A stretch of 64,000 bases of DNA. It comes from Rhodosorus marinus CCMP1338 (taxonomy: Eukaryota > Plantae > Rhodophyta). Numbering within the stretch: position 1 is the first letter of the stretch; every line of letters begins with the position of its first letter. Positions 41,271 to 54,474 of this stretch are shown in pieces. Below the pieces are notes generated by a model. That model ran no database searches. It had not been told where the DNA came from and saw only the letters and a program-made list of their open reading frames with translations. The translations under genes and the position numbers were made by a program. The stretch is taken from positions 2,356,001 to 2,420,000 of the forward strand of contig JAMWBK010000005.1 in assembly GCA_029953675.1 (NCBI GenBank), read 5' to 3'.

Positions 41271-44200
41271 TCAGGTATCCTTGGCGGATTTTGAGCTCTG
41301 ATCTGATTCAGCGGAGATAATCCCACTGTCCTTTTCTGCTGTTCCATCCGCATCGAGCGGGGTTTTCTCCGAAATTCTTAGACGCTCAATTCGTATTGTT
41401 TCGCTTTCTGATTTTCCACTGGAGTTAGTGGTCGGCTTCTCCGGATGCTCCAGCCTTTCTTCCTTTTGAATACCCTTGATATTCCAAGGAAGTCGTCCGG
41501 AGGGATGAGCACTGCTCGTGTCATCAGACTCGGCACCTGATTCAGGTTCAGATCCCGACTTCGATGTTGCATGAGGCGTACTGGTGCTTCCATTCATTTC
41601 CGTCGCCTATAGAATCGGAAAAGCGCATGCAATGAGAGCGTAAGCGATGGTTATCGAGAACAGAGTTTCTCGCTGACAATTAAAGCACGCACCTTCCCTC
41701 CATCGCTCACTGATCCATTGCTCTGGTTCTCAACGGTTTTTGAGCTCTTCGTATATCCATCCTCCGACGTCGCTTGCTTCTTGTCGACGGCATCAGGTGA
41801 CCCGTTTGTCTCCGACCTTATCACTCTCGTTTGTTGTCTCTCCAACAGATCTGTCAGAATTGACTTCATTATCTACGCAGCAATGGGCTTTTGCATCAGT
41901 GATCGGCCAAAGCCTTTGTGTACATGCTTAACGGGTTCGACCTGTTACCAAACTCACCTCTGTCTTCGCATTATCCGCCCCTTTTACCGGTTCTGCCGAT
42001 GTTTCGGCGGGTAAGTCAGTGTTGGTTTGGGCATCTGCATAGAGAAATGCGGCGTCACTGCGTCCCTCCTCAGTTGTTTCCTCCGCTAAGCCCTTGTCAT
42101 CTGCTTCATTATCGGCGACCTCCTGCTGCTTGCTGAAAAACGGAAACCATGAAAATTGCTTTTCAGGCTGCTGTTCTAAATCAGCCGAAGTCGGCTGCCC
42201 CGCTGGATCATTTTGCTTGCGAGTCTCGTTCTCCTGTATCTCGTCCTCGCTCTTCTTCTCCGCCTCCGTGCTGTTCCTCTTCTCGTCGTCGCTTTGCATC
42301 TGCTCATTGTTCTCCTTCTTATCCCCTCTCGGCCGTTTGAAGAAGTCTACCACCCCCGAGAAAATGTTCTGCGCCTGCTTGGCCACAATCGGTGGCTGCC
42401 CGCTGTTGGGCTGAAGGGGCTGTTCTTTATCCAAGCTCTTCGACGGCTCTATTTCAAGAGGCTGCCCTGTTTTATCTTCATCCGGAGACACGTCCTCCAC
42501 AGCTCGATTTGGTGGAACGATTCCGTCTCTTACGCTAGAGATCCAATTTGACAATTTGCCCAGGTCCGATCGCGTATCAGAACCGTTTTCGTCGACTCGC
42601 AGCTCCGCTTCTCTTAGCTTCTCGGGATTAGCCGGTACCTGAGTTTCACCCCACTCCCATCTCTCTCCGACTGGTTCCTCCCCGAAAATGGGACCTGTTC
42701 GACAGTTCAGTGCTGGTTAGTTACTTAAACTCGAAAAGGGTAGCTTCAACGTAGTGCTTTAAGCAACCGTAGTTTTTCGACAAGCACCATACCCTCCGGA
42801 AAACCAGCTGTATCAACGGTTTGTACTGCCTTGTCGGCATGGCCAACTTCCTTCGGAACAACCCTTTGCTTCTTCTCAATTTTCCTTCTGGTTTCGGCTC
42901 CTAAAACAAGTCGAGTAGTTTTTAGTAGTCGCAAGCGAGGCATCCCCGAGAAAGGACCTTTATCGCATCAAACTTACGAGTCTTGAAGTAGTGCTCGTTG
43001 TCGCTGTCATCAACAAACTTTCTGTAGTTGAGGTTAAGATGCAACCTAGCCTTGTCGCTCACACCTCCGCGAAGCGGTACCCACAGATCGGTCTTTTTAC
43101 CCTCTTGGAGGCTCCCAAGTCGCATACGGAAACTGCCAACAGGTCTACTCAATGCACCAAACCTTGTTTTCGCAAGAAGGTCGCAAGTCAGCGGTTAGGC
43201 TGTGTTCTAGGGTTGGCGAGGTCTCCCGAGTTGGTGTAAGAGAGTATCCTGATTACCTATTGTGAACCTCGATCTCAAGGACATCATTTTTGGGATCCCG
43301 CACGAGCAGCTCGAACTGCTGGTTCCAGATTGGCGCGGTCCCTCCTCCTTTTTCAGATGTGGTTGTGTCGTTCTTACTCTTGATGACTTTGTCGTTGAGG
43401 CGAATGTAGCAGAATGGATTCTTAAGCCCCATTGAAGTTTGCCCGCTAAGTTCTTTCGCTTCAATAAGAATAATTGCCAATAACCCCTTGTATTGCGCAT
43501 CTAGTCGCAAGAAGACAACAAGAAAACAGTTAGAAGCGGCACCAGAGGACAATGGGATACAAGCACTGCCGTTCATAGCTGTAAAAAATTCTGCAACTAT
43601 CCCGGAACTCGTTTTCTTTCAAACCGAATCGCACCCGTCTGGTCAAGATCCGCAGCGAAGGCATTGACATCGGCAATCGTGGGATCGAGGTACATGATGG
43701 ACTTCGCCGGGAGAATAAACTGGCTCGGAAGCTCGGTTGTGAGAAGATTTCTAAGGAACTTGCTCAATCCAGGCACAGTCATCAAGTTCACAGCCTACGG
43801 TTCAACGACGAGAGCCCATATTAGAGATGGCAAGGGCGACGACAATCGCCCCTTTACAGCTCGGGAAAACATCGCTCCCTTGACCCACCTTGAATGGCTT
43901 GATAACAACGTCGAGATTCGGCTTCTCTGCGAGAGCCCATGAGATCTCGTACAAGTACGGTGGCTCGCGTGTAAGCTTTGCCCGAACCCAGGCTTTGGCG
44001 TCAATATTCATGTCCCCCACGAGAACTGGCACATTGACACCAAAACGTCTAAAGGGTCCAGTCAAGCTGACTTTCATCACAAAATTTGCGTCTCCGGTGT
44101 ATCTGAGAACACGAGAGCGTACGCATGAAGTCTCCCTCAGCCTTTTGCTGTGTATAAACGTACTAACGCTAAGATCGCCACTGGTGAAGAACGCAACAAA

Positions 44201-45409
44201 CCTGAAATTGAAGTTGTAGGCCAGGTGTGAATCAATCCGTGTGGGTAATTTCTCCACATTTCTGACCCAGAACGGTCGTTCTCCCATTTCTACAGACTCC
44301 ACACTGATTTTGTCGACAAAAGGGGGCTTGTTCTCCAGCAAGTTCTCGTCAATTGACTCTTGCATCAACTCCTTGGCCATTTTACTCAGGTCCTTTGGAT
44401 ACAATCTCCATACCTGCATGTGCCACCATTGCTTTAGCTCAAAAACTATCAAGCAAGTTCTTCTTCGGGAGCGAATATCGGAATGTCGGAAACAATTCGT
44501 ACCTTTCTAACCGCGGCGTTAACCCATTCCGCGGGTTCTTGGTCAGTCATCTCTCGCGCACGAAAGTCCTATGCAAGTGCGCAGGAACGTATACAAAGAC
44601 AAGTTTTTGCAAATCAGCACTACTTGAAAGACGGCGTTTTTGTACGGTACGTTCATGGGAGGCAGATTCGTATATCTGTAGAGCCACTTACCCCTGAGTT
44701 CTGGAAAAGGGACTCGTTCTCTCCAGCTTGAACAAAAGTGGCACTGCTGAGCGGATTCACGACCTTTCTGAGAAAACGAAGCATGGGCCATTCATCTGAC
44801 AGAGATTGGACAGTTGACCAGAGAACGGCAAACCCGAACCGGACTAAATTGGTCAAGAAGGTTAAGAACCTATCCAAGGTTCGGGTTCGCGTACAAGTTC
44901 AGATATTGCTTTGAAGAGCAATCAATTCCAGTAGATAGATCCATCATTGAGATCTTCCCATTGCCGCGAGCACCAGCTTACCTAATTGCGACATATGTGC
45001 CTATGAACCAGATCAGCATGAGCTGAAGGCCAGTGGGAAACAGCTCCGGCCTGGCCGCCGCGGCAGGATCAACCGGTTGCAACCTCCTCAGTCGTTCAAG
45101 TTCATTCAGAAACGCCGTAGCGATACCAGCACCCGAGTCGAAGACATTAAGCATGTACTTGATTGCCTCCAGCATCATCCTCGGAATAGAGAGAGCAAAC
45201 TTCAACACCTTGACCCCCACAGTCTGTGCAGCACTCGCAACCACACCCACGTCTACATTCTCCAGTCCCATCACACCCATTGTCACAGCCTTTCTCCTTC
45301 TGACCTTCCACTGAACCCAATGCTTTCTCGATTTCCCAACACACAATCTGGTCGGTCGGCTCAAAACCCGACCGGTACCCTCAACGAAACTAATCTCAGA
45401 CTCTTCCAT
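41271..45409 (-). CDS. SMP-domain + C2 protein (synaptotagmin/NTMC2T-like) with a long acidic C-terminal region, multi-exon
   Basis: TM region, then SMP (KPPFVDKISVESVEMGERPF...NLMTVPGLSKFLRNLLTTELPSQFILP) and C2 (GLLAIILIEAKEL...NPFCYIRL...PIWNQQFELLVRDP). Confidence 0.82.
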
Positions 45410-46567
45410 ATCTCCTTACCTAGATAGGCTCCGCAATCATCCCTCGAACAAACAAAAAAAATGACAACAACGGAAAAAGAGAAAACCTCTTCCTCACCTT
45501 GAATGCCTTCGCAACTTCAATAGTACACTAAATATGAAGAAGCCACTAACTCCCTACTTATACTTATCAAAATCACAGGTGCTCAGCGTCCTCAATGAAA
45601 AGCCGGAGGTTCCCAATTTAGCGCACCCTGACATCAACACGGACGTTGAGATTGTAACGAATACACTTTCCAGTTACCGTTTATACTCTAAAATAAATGT
45701 TTTGAAACTTTTTACGGACCGTACACGAACGATAAAGCACCCATCACGTTGAATCTGCCCTACGCTCGGTGTTACCTAATTTATGATTGAATAAGCACCC
45801 AAATTATGACTTTTTGACCCCCCAACTTACAAAAACTCATTATAATTCATATCCATTATGATGCATCTCATATATTTTGGAAGTACTATGTCTAGATGCC
45901 TATTAGGGTTTTAACCAATCACCAAACGCGTTACCCAACTGAATGTCCCATGCGTCGAGGGAGGGTTTTGACTGAATGGTGGATGGATGAAAGCGGTCTA
46001 CCAATGATGTTGCATTGTGTATAAGATCGAAGTTGCTGAATCTCTCCTGTTGCCTTCGGAGTAACTGTCAATGGCATTCAGGTGCTGCTGAGTAAATGTA
46101 GAGAGTCTTGCGGACAAAATTTTTCCTAGGACACTAACCAATTTCGCACGATTTTCTGGGAGCTGGTGGTGCAAGGTACATTCAATTGAGACTGACAAAG
46201 TCAACGGATGTTTATGCTGACCCTTGTAACGTATGGTGTATCATCATCGGAGAACTTTCTTGATTTCTCTTCCTCTTCCCTCCAAAAGGCTCTCAAATGA
46301 GTAGAACAAGTGCACTGATTGGAAATGCAACGGTGTTGACAGCCTGTTATAGACGAGTGAATTAATTGTCCTGGTAACATTTATTTCTGCCATAAGGGTA
46401 CGAACCACAAGGTCCTGATGGCATGCTTCTTATCGAGGTGTCTTTGTGAGCTTGCTCACGTGCTTGAGTAGCAGTGTTACTAGCAGGCAAAATATGAAGC
46501 TGCCCAACAGCCAATATGATTAGATAGTTGAATCTGGTTCTTCGGATATCTCAGTTTCTCCGTCAGG

Positions 46568-47657
46568 TCACTCTTCGTCTTCATAGTCGTCCTCGTACTC
46601 ATCCTCTTCTGCTTCTTCTTCTTCATAGTCGTAGGAGTCGCCATTTATGAATGGATTATAGCCCTGCAGTTCTGGAAACCTGTGCGACCGAGAAGAACAA
46701 ACCCGATCAGAAACAAGTTTTCAGACCATGCTCGATGGAGATATTCAAGGAGCGAACTTACTCATCAACAACGCTGCAGGCGCTAGTATGTACCGACCCT
46801 GGGAAGCAATACTTCTTCTGGATCCATCGCGCAAGGATCTTCCTTGTTTCGTACAGCTCTTCTTCCTTAAGGTCTAGACCAAGTGCAAAGGCGTGCATGT
46901 AAATGGTTGCGATCTCTTTCTCGCGGTCGCCGAGGACATCCTTGTGCAGGACGCAACAAGGGCATGCGCCTATGGCGAATTCGTTGATATCGGCCTCCCA
47001 TTGCGGCTTGCGCTTGAAGGCAGTAAATTTCAGCGAACCAACTTCTTCGATCTCGTCAATCTTATGTTGAATCTTGTACAGTTTCCCAAACCCCGGCCCA
47101 TGTCCAAAATAGTGCCTGCTCACCTTCTTCGGTGTATAATTCTCGAGGCCAGGCCAATTCTCCCCTTCCTCCCTCATTATGTGATGAAGGGGCATGTAAA
47201 ACCCATGGGAATGTACCAAGTACGATATCACAAGCAACTGCCACGTTGATCCACAGTTGCCCACCGAGATCTCAAAAAGTACTCGGTCCAGGCTAGCCTT
47301 GGTCTGGTCAAACTTCTGCACCCTACACTTTTTCTTTGCTTCGGCGTACGAAATTTGACTGACCCTAAGTACTTCCTCATCAGGTACGGAGAGAACGTCC
47401 CCATCCTTGCCAAGTTCTGGAACCTTCATCATATTCGGAAGGAAAGGGATCATGCGGTTCGGCGAGTTGTTGAATGACATATTCTTGGTTTTTGCTGTGC
47501 TGCTCCCCGAGTGATGAAACACAAGGAAAATCAGAAGCAGAATAATGACAACCCCCCCGACAATCTTCAAGAGCCCTTGCCTTCTCAGGATCGACTTTAC
47601 ATCAGCCCCAGCTCTGCTGACGCTACCTCCTTCTATAAGAGAATAACCCCCGTCCAT
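46568..47657 (-). CDS. Type II membrane protein, paralog 1 (putative sulfotransferase-fold), 2 exons
   Basis: 299-codon ORF plus intron 46680-46761 and an acidic last exon; TM IVGGVVIILLLIFLVF; clear paralog of the 48356-49231 ORF. Confidence 0.75.
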
Positions 47658-48355
47658 CCTTTCTTTCTACAAAAGATTTACCTTCAACGCCTCAATAACA
47701 CACAATAATCTCCGTCTGAATACCTAGACCTCTCCATTAAATCCCCTCTCACCACCCCTCCCCTCCCCCTCACCCCCCCCTCCAGACCAGCCCGCCATCC
47801 CCTACAACCCGATCGCGTTTAGAAGACATCCCCACCTATCCACATTCAAAGCAACTCCAACCTCAAAAGAATCATTCTGGCCAGCAACATCCAACTCCCA
47901 TTTTGGCCCACAAAACGAAGGTGTGACAGCTTGGCAATGCCTTGCTAAAATTGAAACAAAATCACTCTAAGACTTTGACAGCCTGTCCCGTCGGAAAAGA
48001 TCAAATAAAACCTAAATCATGAATATGCGAAACATCAAGAAATGAGCAAAATAGTATCCCCCCCCAGCAAAAGACCAGGGTAGGCTTTTTAACAAATGGA
48101 ATCAATATTTTCGCCTTGGGCTAGGATCTTGACAAGGGGTTGATAGAATTGATAAAATGAGAACGGACACGTGGTGGTTTCTCAATCAGGGAAATTCGAA
48201 CATGAAATTTTATCATCACGTCATTATTTATTGATATAAGTGACAATAGGTTTTGTTGATGCTGAGAGAACGCAAGAGGAACCATCATTCCACAAACCAA
48301 TGACGGGAATAACCAGGCAGTGAGAGCGGTCGTCGCGGGGGAGCATAGGGGTGGG

Positions 48356-49231
48356 CTACTCTAAATCTTGATACACACTAGGATCAAAATCGAGATCTTT
48401 CAGCTCCGGGAACTCTTCCAGAACCTGACACGCGGATTGATGAGCGGAACCTGGGTAGCAGTAGTGAAGTTTGATCCACTCTGCCTGCTTCAACCGAATT
48501 TCACGCACTTGCTCTTCGTTCAGGTCGAAGCCAAGCGCAAACGCATGCATGTAAATCAGCGCAATTTCAGACTCTTCTTTCCCTAGGGCGTCTTTGACTA
48601 CAAAGCAGCAAGGGCACACGCCCTGCGCAAATTTGTTCGCGTCCGCTTCTTTTCCTTCCAGAAGCTTGAAAGCATTAAAAATCAGGATTGATGCGTTCAT
48701 TAGTTCAGGTACTTCATGCTGAGTCTTGAAGAGCCGCCCAAAAGTGGGCCCAGAGCCCCATTCCCTTTTCTCTTCGTAGTGCAAATTTTTTAGTCCCGGC
48801 CAATTTTGTGTGGTTCCCTTCTGCACGTGAACTACCGGCAACCGATAGCCGTGTTGCTGCACAAGGTTTGAAATCACTGTAAGTTGCCAAGTTGAGCCAC
48901 AATTTCCGATCGAAATCTCGTTCATTATTAATTCTTCTCCTCGTTTGGCTGAAGAGACTGCGGGCACCGAGCAGATCTGCTTCACCCTGTCATACGGCGT
49001 CTTTTCAACCTTGATCGCGTCCGTCACGTTCAACTCATACAAGTCTCCGTTCGATGCCAGCTCTGCCGCTCTTATCAACCCGGGCAGGAACGGAATCATG
49101 CGCTTTCCTCGCGGGACGTTGTCGACTTGCATGGGGGGCCCCCCCTGCGCGTGCCTACGTACAAACGAGGCAGCAAGAAAGCATGCTACGATTGTTACTA
49201 TAACATACCAATGAGATGTCTGCATTTTCAT
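48356..49231 (-). CDS. Type II membrane protein, paralog 2 (putative sulfotransferase-fold), intronless
   Basis: Probable start MKMQTSHWYVIVTIVACFLAASFV; shares RMIPFLP, EISxGNCGSTWQL, WPGL, KxQH, CPCC, IYMHAFALG and EFPEL with paralog 1. Confidence 0.75.
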   Translation of the reverse strand: MKMQTSHWYVIVTIVACFLAASFVRRHAQGGPPMQVDNVPRGKRMIPFLPGLIRAAELASNGDLYELNVTDAIKVEKTPYDRVKQICSVPAVSSAKRGEELIMNEISIGNCGSTWQLTVISNLVQQHGYRLPVVHVQKGTTQNWPGLKNLHYEEKREWGSGPTFGRLFKTQHEVPELMNASILIFNAFKLLEGKEADANKFAQGVCPCCFVVKDALGKEESEIALIYMHAFALGFDLNEEQVREIRLKQAEWIKLHYCYPGSAHQSACQVLEEFPELKDLDFDPSVYQDLE

Positions 49232-50437
49232 TGTGTAGCTCCCTCCCTCGAACTGTCGAGCGATCGCACACGCTACATACCTGCAGCCTATCGGAACATA
49301 TCCATATATGCAGCTTCCGCCTTGCAAGCACACTCAAGCTGTGTTATAATTCACAAGAGTTTCCATGAGTGCTGGTTCCCCACTACCTTCCCAATCACAC
49401 CAACGACACATCGCCCACGTTCAATTCATAGCCTCGGAATGTGCTCTTCCCCTTCCAAATGATATTGGACAAACCGAAAAAAACTCTCGTGTTCGAATGA
49501 AGTGTCAGGAATTTGTTTGAAGAAAACTTTTTGTAGCATTCTCGTTAAGTGTGGGAATCCGACCTTCGAGCTCTACCATTTCTTATCCCTGTTAACTGTG
49601 CAGATATTCTTCGGTTTTCAGCACGCTAGAAGACCAGCTAGGTCGATTGAGTTTTCTGAAAAAAACAAAGGAATGTAAAGGGTAGACTCGAGGTTCTGGC
49701 AGGTCTGCACCATCTACAGGAGGAGCACAGACTTAGATAGCGTACTTTGGTTTAGGTTGGACTTGGTATATATGAATCCCATTTATGTGATTCAGCAGGT
49801 ATCCACAAGATAGTCGACTCTGCCTCTGTCCAGCCCGTAGCCGGCTTTTTGATCAGGTTTTCAACTCGATGTCTAGTCTTGAGCTGGTTTTCGCAGCGGA
49901 AAGCCTCTCCACGCATGCGCATGTCATCGAAATAAGGCGATGGGAACGTCCTATTTCGCTGGGTATGCACGAGAACATCCCTAAAGATAGCTGAATAAAC
50001 CTTGATAGGCTCAATTACTGCTATTATTTCACTGTGAACACCATTCACGTCAACAAAGCTTTCCCGGAGCCCCAGAGTCATCAACTGCCATCTCCAAAAG
50101 AACTGCCGGAGCCGCCTGCTATTCAAAACCCCCCGAATCCAGAACAATTCGAAAAAACAACCGTGAAACGATTATCATCCAGAAACTTCCACGATTCCAC
50201 AAAAATATTGACTGAGGGAACTGATGTTATCCAATAAATGAATCTGAAAAAGACGTGAATCAAAATAAGAGCTAAATTGGTGCGAATGAAACTAGTTTTC
50301 GGAAATTATTGTGTGGAGTCAATCAATTGATTACAGTGCCTGTATATAATAGTGTCACACTAAGATGACAAGTCCGGGTAGGGGTGGTGCGATGGGAGTT
50401 GTGGAACTGGTGGATGGCTGGGAAGGTAAGAGATTGA

Positions 50438-51470
<1,033 letters not shown>

Positions 51471-51951
51471 CGCAACAATCCTCGAACTGCTCTGATTCGA
51501 GCTCCGCAGAAGGGTAAATCCGCTCAACGGGAGTGGCTCTATGCACTCTGATGGCTTCCCTTCGGGCTTTCCCGGGGGGGTGGCGGGCAGGAGAGAGAGG
51601 CTTCACAGCTGTTTGTGGAGAAACGGTTCGGCGCGAATGACGTGCTCGTTTGAGCTTGCTCCGTCAAGGACGTGCCATCACCAGGTTTCTGAAAGCTTGC
51701 GATAGTCCGCGGCAAATGATTTAATGATTAACTAATACAATCCCCTAAAGAAAGCATGAAAAGCTTGTCATAATCACAAAATTTGTTGCCATAGTCGACT
51801 GCTCCCCGGTCCGAGTGTACTGGAGAAAAACCACAAATCGTAGCGATACTCAATATTCGTGTACTAGCGAGGAATATCCACCAATACATGCAATGTTACA
51901 TAGGATTGAAGAAGAATTAGTCTTCACTCATGAGAGGGGCGCGCCACATGC

Positions 51952-52467
51952 TCAAAACTTGAACTTGACGCGTGGATCCCTATCGATGGCCGCATAGATG
52001 CTATATACTTGATCCGCGGTGTTGCAGGGAACATCTAGAGTAATGCTTCGGTAACTATAGAGAGGAATTCGTGGCACAATTTTAGTCAGCAGGCGAAAGC
52101 GAAGTGATGTGGTTGAGCCGAAAATCCCACGTGATTTCTTATCGCGGCCTCACCTCCCTTTGTCTCTGAACGAATGTTTCAGCTTCTCCTGCTGGATGTT
52201 CACGCAGGTGGATACGCTGTCCAAGATATCAGCTACAAACTCTCCCTCATTTTTACCAATAATTTTGAATGTAAAAACACACGGAAAGTCGACAAGTTCC
52301 CCTATCAAGCGCTCCCGACCCTCGGCGTTTGGACTGTTGTTAAATTCATTCGGAAATCCCCTAATCATGCTCGGTACCACTCTCTTGTTTCTCCTTCCCG
52401 ATAAGCACTTGTCCTCCACCCTTCGCGACAAGGCATTCCGACCGACACTGAAACCAAACGCAATCAT
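51952..52467 (-). CDS. DUF493 (YbeD-like) protein, probably plastid-targeted, 2 exons
   Basis: MIAFGFS... presequence; ELVDFPCVFTFKIIG...SFRDKG, then YRSITLDVPCNTADQVYSIYAAIDRDPRVKFKF*. Confidence 0.85.
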
Positions 52468-53940
52468 CCCTTCCAAAACCGAAAAATACAAACCCCACCC
52501 AAACTTGACCTGACAAAACCAAGTTCACCTCCGACTTAAAGGCTTTCTTCCACCGCTCACTATGACCACCTACCTCATAACATTCAACGAATGCTATTTT
52601 ATCCTATCCTCAATCCTTACCAGTCTAACTACGGAGTTTCAAACTCGTGCTCGATAGTATCCCTTTCAAAACTGTTGTAAACGCCAGCTGCTTCGTCAAA
52701 TCAAAGCGCAATCACTTATCCATCCACAACGTTGGGTTTCTTCAACGTTTGGGGGTAACCATTCTCAAGTAAAACGGCTGACCAGCATCCTTTCTACTGG
52801 CTGTTTATGTCTTTATGTCTGGATGATGTTCCACCTCTTTTCGCAACTGTTTGAACCTCGCTTCATCTCAACTTGGGGATTCTTCCCTCGGAGCGTACGT
52901 GATGCACCTTCGAATTTTTTACCCCGCTCAATTGAATCAAAAATTTTCATAAGCAAATATCATTATTTTCCTACCCCTCCTCTTAGGTTAAAATCATTTG
53001 TATTCTGTAAATTTAAGGGGTATTTCCAATTTTTCGCGAATTTCACTACCCAGCATCGGCGATGGACCACATTTCATATTGAAATGAACCGGCGGTCGCC
53101 CGGTATAACAGTAGTTCGGGCGTGGGTTTAAAGCGGAACAACTCTTCGTAGACTAACTCGCCTTGGAGCTGAATCAAATCTTGACGTATCAGTCTGTTTT
53201 CCTCTCAACCGGCGTCAGGCCATTGCCCAACAAGTAGCGGACGCCCCAGCTCGAATGGATGTCTGTCAGGTCGCCTGGGCTTCGGCTTTGGGCCATCTCG
53301 GATTGTGAAAATAGACGGTGCTGAAATAAACGAGACTAAATATGAGCGTAGTTTTGTCATTGAAACGTGAAAGGCTCCAGATCCCCTTCTCTACGTCGCA
53401 TTTCTAAGCCAGTCATCAGCCAGATGCTACCGCATCCGTCGTCAAACCCTATACACTCCAGTCAACTACATCTGCTAGAATTTCTTGCGAAACTGCGAAT
53501 TGCTTCGCAAAAGTTCTTAACACCCTGCATGCACCTCAAAGTCCCGTGAACGTTGAGAACACCAAGCTGCTTCCTCTGAAGCACTCTCAAGACCGATCTA
53601 GGTCGCTGAGCATATCAAAGACTGAGGTTTGAAGCCTCTTTTAAACTGAACAAAGAAGGGTAAAAGTAGAACTCACGAACGGTATGCACAAACTCTCCTG
53701 TGCAACCATGATGGCAAGAACACGACTGCTCCTTTGCTGAAACCAATCACTAGGCGGGCGCTCTGGATGTCATGGAGAGGATAGGAGATGTGAGGATACG
53801 GCTATGCTTTTACAAGGGTTTCAAGCCGTAAAAAGCGCATTGGATTGCACACGAGTAAAAGCTCAGACAGATCTCAGTGACGCCTTCGGAATGCGAGTGT
53901 TGAGCAGTTGACTAGTAACGGAAGTTGGTGCTTTTGAAGT

Positions 53941-54474
53941 ATGGTTTCTGAAGAGGAGGCATTCGACGACTTGCTGTATGCCGCCCGAAGTGGTGACCTT
54001 GAAGATGCAATCCATTGCCTGAAGGATAATCCGGATATTGCAAAGTACAAGTCAGAGAGCGGCTCAGGTGCTACGCCTCTTCATTATGCTGCTGCTAATG
54101 GTCATGTCGAAATTATGCGGTTATTGATTGGTCACGGGGCGGATTTGAACGCTGTTAATGAGTAATATGCGCAAGACGGATAGATGCCGATGCGAAAAAA
54201 AAAAAAAAAGGAGCAATCAAGGCCTGAACTTATCCAAATCCTTTCTTTTGGTAGGTACGGCAACACAGCTCTTCATTTTGCGGCAATCAACGAAAAGGTG
54301 GATGCCGTCGAGCTCCTCCTTAAGAATAAGGCGGACGCCGCATTGTCCAATGAGTTCAACAGAAACCCCTTCGACGAAGCCGTCGCCAAAAACAACGGTC
54401 GAATACGCCATTTGCTGATGACGCACGTTGAACAGAACCAAAAAGCTAATGTTGAGGACTTGGAAAAAGAATAG
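53941..54474 (+). CDS. YAR1: Small ankyrin-repeat protein, YAR1-like (Rps3 chaperone), 2 exons
   Basis: LLYAARSGDLE, GATPLHYAAANGHVEIMRLL, NE|YGNTALHFAAIN, NEFNRNPFDEA. Orthology is tentative; the ankyrin call is secure. Confidence 0.75.

Noticed and set aside
24836-49231. O-fucosyltransferase plus the sulfotransferase-like pair as a polysaccharide biosynthesis cluster
   Set aside because: They are about 20 kb apart with several unrelated genes and TE debris between them.
53660-53790. Minus-strand frame containing LVIGFSKGAVV (GxSxG-like)
   Set aside because: Stops lie close on both sides and no coherent exon chain was found; probably chance.
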